Shown: piece by piece, positions 57,455 to 64,000 of the stretch
Layout of the letters: each line of letters begins with the position of its first letter
How positions within the stretch are numbered: position 1 is the first letter of the stretch
NCBI GenBank assembly: GCA_964016885.1
Contig: OZ024759.1
Span: 29,698,001 to 29,762,000 of the forward strand
Length of the DNA: 64,000 nucleotides
Direction: 5' to 3'
From: Eledone cirrhosa
Lineage: Eukaryota
The notes under the pieces: model-generated
Told to the model about the DNA's origin: nothing
The model's input: only the letters and a program-made list of their open reading frames with translations
The model's database searches: none
Translations under genes and position numbers: made by a program

Positions 57455-57730
57455 TGTGTACAGTGCTCAGGTGCACTACAACTCATCAAAGGTGCATGTA
57501 TAGTACATAGAATAATGTTCAAATGTCAGGAAAATGAACAGTGTATGAGTCATGAAATACATGTGTGCATGTGTATGGAGGGGGCATATAAGGTTTGGTG
57601 TTGGTTAATTTCAGGTAGCATGGAGGTTTTAAAGGCTGCAGTGTCTCAGCAGCTAACAACTGATGCAGGTAGTTTGTTCCATGCTTCAGCAACTCTGAGC
57701 ATGAAAAAATGTTTCCGAAAGTCATGGGAG
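57455..57730 (-). mobile_element. CR1-clade LINE 3' fragment
   Basis: HDFRKHFFMLRVAEAWNKLPASVV matches the CR1 C-terminal 'FFS.RV...WN.LP..VV' motif; a 3' UTR copy also lies at ~17910-18100. Confidence 0.65.
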
Positions 57731-57967
57731 TAATGTAAATGCTAAAGGGTTAAGTTCTGATTTCAAAATACTATGTTTATTATAAACTTTCACATACTTA
57801 AAGTATATATATAAAATGCATTTATATTATTGCTTGATCTATCTTACGCTCATTTATAATTGTATGTCTATATATACTTAAATAAGATCTAAATTCACGC
57901 ATAATCATATATTTAATAAATAATAATTTATTTTTTAAATAACGATATATAATAATGTCTTATACTA

Positions 57968-58289
57968 CATCATTATCATCATTTTACGTCCACTTTTCCC
58001 TGCTTGCAAGGGTGGGACGGGAACTGATTCTGATTTCTACAGCTGGATGTCCTTCCTAACACCAACCTCATTTACAGTGAGTGCTGGGTGCTTTTTTGCT
58101 GTGGCACCTCCACAACAACTTTGCAGTGGAATGATAGGGACCCCATCTCATTTCTACAGCTGAGTAAACTGGGCAATGTGAAATAAAGTGTCTTGCTCAA
58201 AGAAACAACACATCACCTGGTCTGAGAATTGAACTCACAACCTTTTGATTGCAAGGCTAATGCTCTAACCACTAAGCCATGTGCCTCCA
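57968..58289 (-). mobile_element. SINE family A copy
   Basis: Near-identical to 48716-49060; partial copies also at ~8788-9007 and ~19407-19570. Confidence 0.8.
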
Positions 58290-59472
58290 TCTACAATATA
58301 TTATATTTATAACTACACTCATAATATTAAAATATATGTGAAAAAATATATCCACTTGTATATGTAAATACAGTGCATATTTCATTCACATATTATATTG
58401 TTGTAATTGCTTTTATAAATTAATAGTTTATAATCTAATACAATACATTGTAATTCTCATTATAAATATTCTTAAAATATAAAAAAATTTAACAAATAAA
58501 TAAGTATAATTATATCATTCTTTCTAAACCCATGTATATATCTTTGGGTGTATATATGTATATTTTTATAAATGATTCTAAAATAACTACTATAATTTTT
58601 TTCAAATTTAATAGCAAACCCTTAAGAAATTTAAATACGTATTTAAAATTTATCTAGCATCTAAACTTAACGGCTCTTTTCAGTTTTAACATTATCTTCA
58701 TTAGCATATTTCCCTTGAGTGTTGAACATCTCTATTCACTATCCTCACTGAACTTATAATATTAAGTTCACATTAAGTTCACATGAAGATATGTCACTAT
58801 CTTAACACCAATTATTATATTTTATCTGACGAAAGTGTACTAAAATATTAGTACACTAGAAATACGTATAATAAAATAAATATGCTTTTATAAAGATATT
58901 TTCCATTTATTAATATTATTGATATATATATATATATATATATGCACACATATATATATACACACACACACATATACATATATATATATACACACACATA
59001 TTATAATTATAATTGAATATAAAAGAAAAGCGAACACAGATATATACATATATGTGTTCAAATCGTAAGGGACCAGATTCGCTAAGGTGAAAAGAATACT
59101 AACTATACACACACATATACATATATATATACACACACATATACATATATATATACACACACATATACATATATAAATACACACACATATACATATATAT
59201 ACACACATATATATACACACACATATACATATATAAATACACACACACATATATATATATACACACACATATACACATATATATACACACACATATACAT
59301 ATATATATATATATACACACATACACACATATATATATATATATACACACATACACACACACACACACATATATATATAGTTACCTAATATAATATAACT
59401 GTGTAATTTTGGTTCCTGTGTTTTGTTTCATTTCATTTATTAACTATACATAGCCGTTGGGGTCCTGACTCT

Positions 59473-59566
<94 letters not shown>

Positions 59567-60844
59567 GTATATATATGCATACATATATTTATACGTATAT
59601 ATATATATATATATATGCACAGACAGACAGACATAAAAACAAAAGCAAAACCCAAAATCAATAAAAAAAGTGTAAAGATCAACACATGAACTGTGCCAAA
59701 ACATCAATATTGTTACATCCAGGATCAATATTGTACAATTTTCACATGGAGAACAACACGAACAGATGTTTTTGGTTTTTTTTAACGTTATAAAGTCTTT
59801 TTATGAGACTAAGCATGAAATAGACAACAAAGTGCTGACAGAACAGGAATATCCATAACACAACAGGAATATGAAGTTTGGTGCTGATTGTTGAAAAAAT
59901 ATCATGATGTAAGTAAGATTAAACATGTTAGCATTTACATTACTCTCTATATATTATTGTATTGGGTTGTAACATGAATTCCCGTTAAAGAAAAGTTTTT
60001 ATAACAACGGCGGGAATTTATGTTACAACCCAATATTTTTGTGGTAAAGGTTTTTACCTTACATAATTATCTCACAAAATATCGAATCTATAAGATTTTG
60101 ATATTGTTTATGTTGCAAACAATACCTTAACATCAGTATTAGCAGCTAGTTACACCCTGTTGGAACAGAAAGCGGTGAGAGAATTCTGGCTGGATTTGGC
60201 CAGTTTAAATGCTAAGCAGTCAAAGTTCAACTTAGTACAACAAAGACAATAATACTTCCAACAAATCTCAGCTCTAGAAATCAAGCCAAAATAGGTTCCG
60301 TATCAGCAAGACATGGTCACCTGACCTGCCATTGCCCACAATAGGACAACTCGTCTAACCCATGCTAGTGTGGAAGAATGGATGTATGATGATGAATGCA
60401 TAGTACGTATTTTTGGACCCCTTCGAAAAAGATCTATTTAAAATGATAAGGAATATATGTTTTAAAAAAAGTCTGCTTATAACAACTTTATATGAATGCA
60501 TATATATATATATATATATATATATGGTTGAGAGCTGAGAGAAAAGGGTACACTATACCAAAGTAAATAAAAAATTTATGCGGCCAGCTACTTGTGGCCA
60601 GTAGAGCACTCTCTTTCCCTCTGCGAGTATATATATATATATATATAGTAATAATAAATTTGAAGACTATATATATTATTTAAATACAGATTATATCACT
60701 AGATGTAATAGTTGCAGGGGTAAGCAGATGTTGAATGATGATGAGGATGATAATATATATTTATATCATCATCATTGTCCTTTTACTGTCCACTTTCCCT
60801 GCTAGCAATGGTTATAAATACCCCCCCCCCCTCCCCCACACATA

Positions 60845-60894
<50 letters not shown>

Positions 60895-61485
60895 AAATAT
60901 GGAGAAAAATACTGCAGGTAGCGCATGGATAACATGTAATAAAATGAGTCCCTCATCAGTGATTTGCCGACGATCATAGATATTTCATTGCATTAAAAAT
61001 CATATACCTCACGTCGGTGCAATAATAACTAAAATAAGTTATTAGGACAATTAAAACGCGTAAAGCGAGTGAGACAGGAGAACAACAAAGAGTATAGCTA
61101 ACCGTAGCGGAATGAAACAAGCTTCATAATTATTCTGTTTAGCATAAGCTAGGTGAATATATGAGCGCTTTAGAAAAAAGACCTGACACGAACGAGGGCC
61201 ATGTGAGAAGAGAGAAAAATATAGCTTTCGTCGTGTACAGGATGAAGCGAAGAGAGGAGAAACAGTGAGTGAGTGAAAGTGTGAGGAAGAGCTAACTGAC
61301 ATGACAGAGGGGGCGAAAGAAAGTAGGAGAAACAGAGAGAATGGGGGAACAGTAAGAGAGAAAAACACAGAATCGCAGTTTGGGTAAATATATGTAATAA
61401 AATATGGAGAAAAATACTGCAGGTAGCGCATGGATAACATGTAATAAAATGAGTCCCTCATCAGTGATTTGCCGACGATCATAGA

Positions 61486-61565
<80 letters not shown>

Positions 61566-61814
61566 TTTTGCGAGATTTTTTATATGAAATCGTGTGTCGA
61601 AACAAATATTGTTATACTTGGGGAGGGTCATATTTGTGTAATATTGCCAGAATTAATAACAGAACACACTCACTGTTTGGTTGGTCTTCGCTTCTCGCTT
61701 CTGTGTCTTTTATATCGGTAATCTAACTTACTCGGTCCTCAATGTTGCCATTGACTGACCGACGGTCAAAAATAATACAGATACAATATAGACACAAACA
61801 CATATATATAGTTT

Positions 61815-61856
61815 ATCATAAATCTTTCGTTGCACATCTGCAACATCGTCAGTGGT
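61815..61856 (-). ncRNA. Hammerhead motif (related to the 11644 family)
   Basis: ACCA-CTGACGA-T-GTTGCA gatg TGCAAC-GAAAGATTTA-TGAT; a degenerate paralogue at 47028-47073 has GAAA->AAAA. Confidence 0.5.
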
Positions 61857-62066
61857 GTTATATTTTCCTCCTGTTGTATTGTATGTCTACACCATTTTTA
61901 TTCAGTCTGTCTATATTTCTATATATTTATTTATTTATTTATTTTAGATTACCGATATAAAAGACACAGAAGCGGGAAGCGAAAACCAACCAATCAGTGA
62001 GTGTGTTCTGTTATTAATTCTGGCAATATTACACAAATATGACCCTCTCCAAGTATAACAATATAT

Positions 62067-62155
<89 letters not shown>

Positions 62156-62215
62156 AATATCATCTTCATTATCATTGTCATTTTAATATCTGCTTTCTTC
62201 TCTGCTAGCAAAGGT

Positions 62216-62255
<40 letters not shown>

Positions 62256-62485
62256 TTATTGCTTGTAGCAATCATCACTTAAACAAAGGACATGTCTAAT
62301 TTCTAAGTAAGTGACTGCCACTTGTAGTAGTCTGAACTATCATTAATTCCGCAGTTCAAGAGATAGATGATTTGACCATTGTTAGAACCGACATTCAGAA
62401 ATACAGTGATTAGTTATGAGCTCATATTTGAAGCATCATTATACAGAAGTCAGTAATTAACTAAGATAAATTAAATAAGATAATT

Positions 62486-62541
<56 letters not shown>

Positions 62542-62623
62542 AATGTATGAATATATATATTGATATATATATATATATATATATATGTCAATGTATGAAT
62601 ATATATATATATATATCAATGTA

Positions 62624-62680
<57 letters not shown>

Positions 62681-62805
62681 TCATCATCATCATCAACGTT
62701 TAACGTCCGTGTTCCACGCTTGCATGGGTTTGGATGGGGGTAGTCCCACTTGAGGCAAGAGTGATATATATATATATATATATATCAATGTATGAATATA
62801 TATAT

Positions 62806-62854
<49 letters not shown>

Positions 62855-63809
62855 AATGTATGAATATATATATATAGGGTCCATTGAACCCCATATTGGT
62901 TTGCATTCTTCAATAGTTCATCCTGAACAATTGAATAAACCTTTAGATATTAAGGAGCAGGATATTTAGGAAAGGTTGATAAGGTGGCATGTAGTTAATT
63001 AGTGTTGCAATAATTACTTTGATTAAGATGCCAATGAAGCAACAGTAATTTCTTGATTGCTTGAGGAATCAGAGAGATCAGAGAGATACAGGTTTGATTA
63101 TTCGTTTAGTTGAACCATTTTCTGTTACTCTTAATGTCCTGTACCGCACGAAACCACATTAGCAAAGACATTCTTGAAAATTTCAAAGCAACACTCTGAC
63201 TGGATCACATAAAATCTTCACCCTCATTGCTCTGATCGATTGACAAGTTCCCAGACCTTATTCATTTTACCAAATAGGGTGAACCTCATCAAATCGGACT
63301 AAGGAAACAATGTTTCCATTGGTTTTCCCATTACTGATACTATCTACTGGTTGCAACTTCTGGCAGAAAGAGCAATGTGAAATAAAGTCTTGCTCAAGGA
63401 CACAACACATCACCCGGACTGATAATTGAACTTACAACCTCATGATTGCGAATCCAACTCTCTAACTACTAAACGATGTGCCTTCACCGTTATACTACAA
63501 ATTTCCACAGCAATCTGTCCAACAGTAAAGATAATATAAACATTTGAATTAACAATTAACAAACCACACTAACAAGACATTCTTGTAATCTACAAAACAA
63601 CACTATACATTCATCATATTAGAAATTAAAATCTTCACTCTTATACTCAAAATGTTTACACTTATCTGTTCACTAGTAAAGATACTATAAACATTTGAAT
63701 TAACAGCCCACATGAAACTACATTAGTGAGACATTCTTGCAAACTACAAAATAGAACTAAAACTGTTTCATATCTAAAATTAAATTCTTCACTTTTATGC
63801 AGCAAATTT

Positions 63810-64000
63810 TCACAATTTTCATCCTTCCTCAACACATGACCTAACCATCTCATTCCATTTCTCTTCACAACATCCATCCCTGGCTCTATTCCTCTCACCT
63901 AGTCACTTTCATCTTTCCTAAACACATCTCTCAGCCATCTCCCACAATTTCTTTTCCCAACACTCATCACTTGCTTTATTTCCACCATCCTCTTGTAATT
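63810..64000 (-). mobile_element. RTE-like LINE fragment
   Basis: DVVKRNGMRWLGHVLRKDEN motif; runs off the window edge. Confidence 0.55.

Overview
Very AT-rich metazoan genomic DNA dominated by (AT)n, (CAT)n and other microsatellites; its repeat content is typical of a coleoid cephalopod (octopus-like, inferred). Almost all ORF-track entries are simple-repeat artefacts. The whole window appears to lie inside one large minus-strand gene for a receptor-type (transmembrane) guanylyl cyclase, Gyc76C/NPR-like. Six phase-compatible coding exons were found (53031-53133, 51768-51923, 46744-46848, 45725-45796, 25262-25424, 21647-21790). They encode the juxtamembrane segment and kinase-homology domain, and one intron probably uses a GC-AG donor. 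The introns carry RTE/CR1/R4 LINE fragments, two tRNA-derived SINE families, a non-autonomous Helitron, piggyBac- and hAT-type MITEs and several minisatellites. The most striking unannotated signal is about 17 type-I hammerhead-ribozyme motifs from about 8-9 sequence families. They sit in short non-coding, often palindromic elements inserted into (AT)n tracts (Penelope-like/retrozyme-like), and include a repeated core variant (CAGAAGA) and a long-stem-II form capped by a cUUCGg loop. All folds were read by eye; activity is untested.
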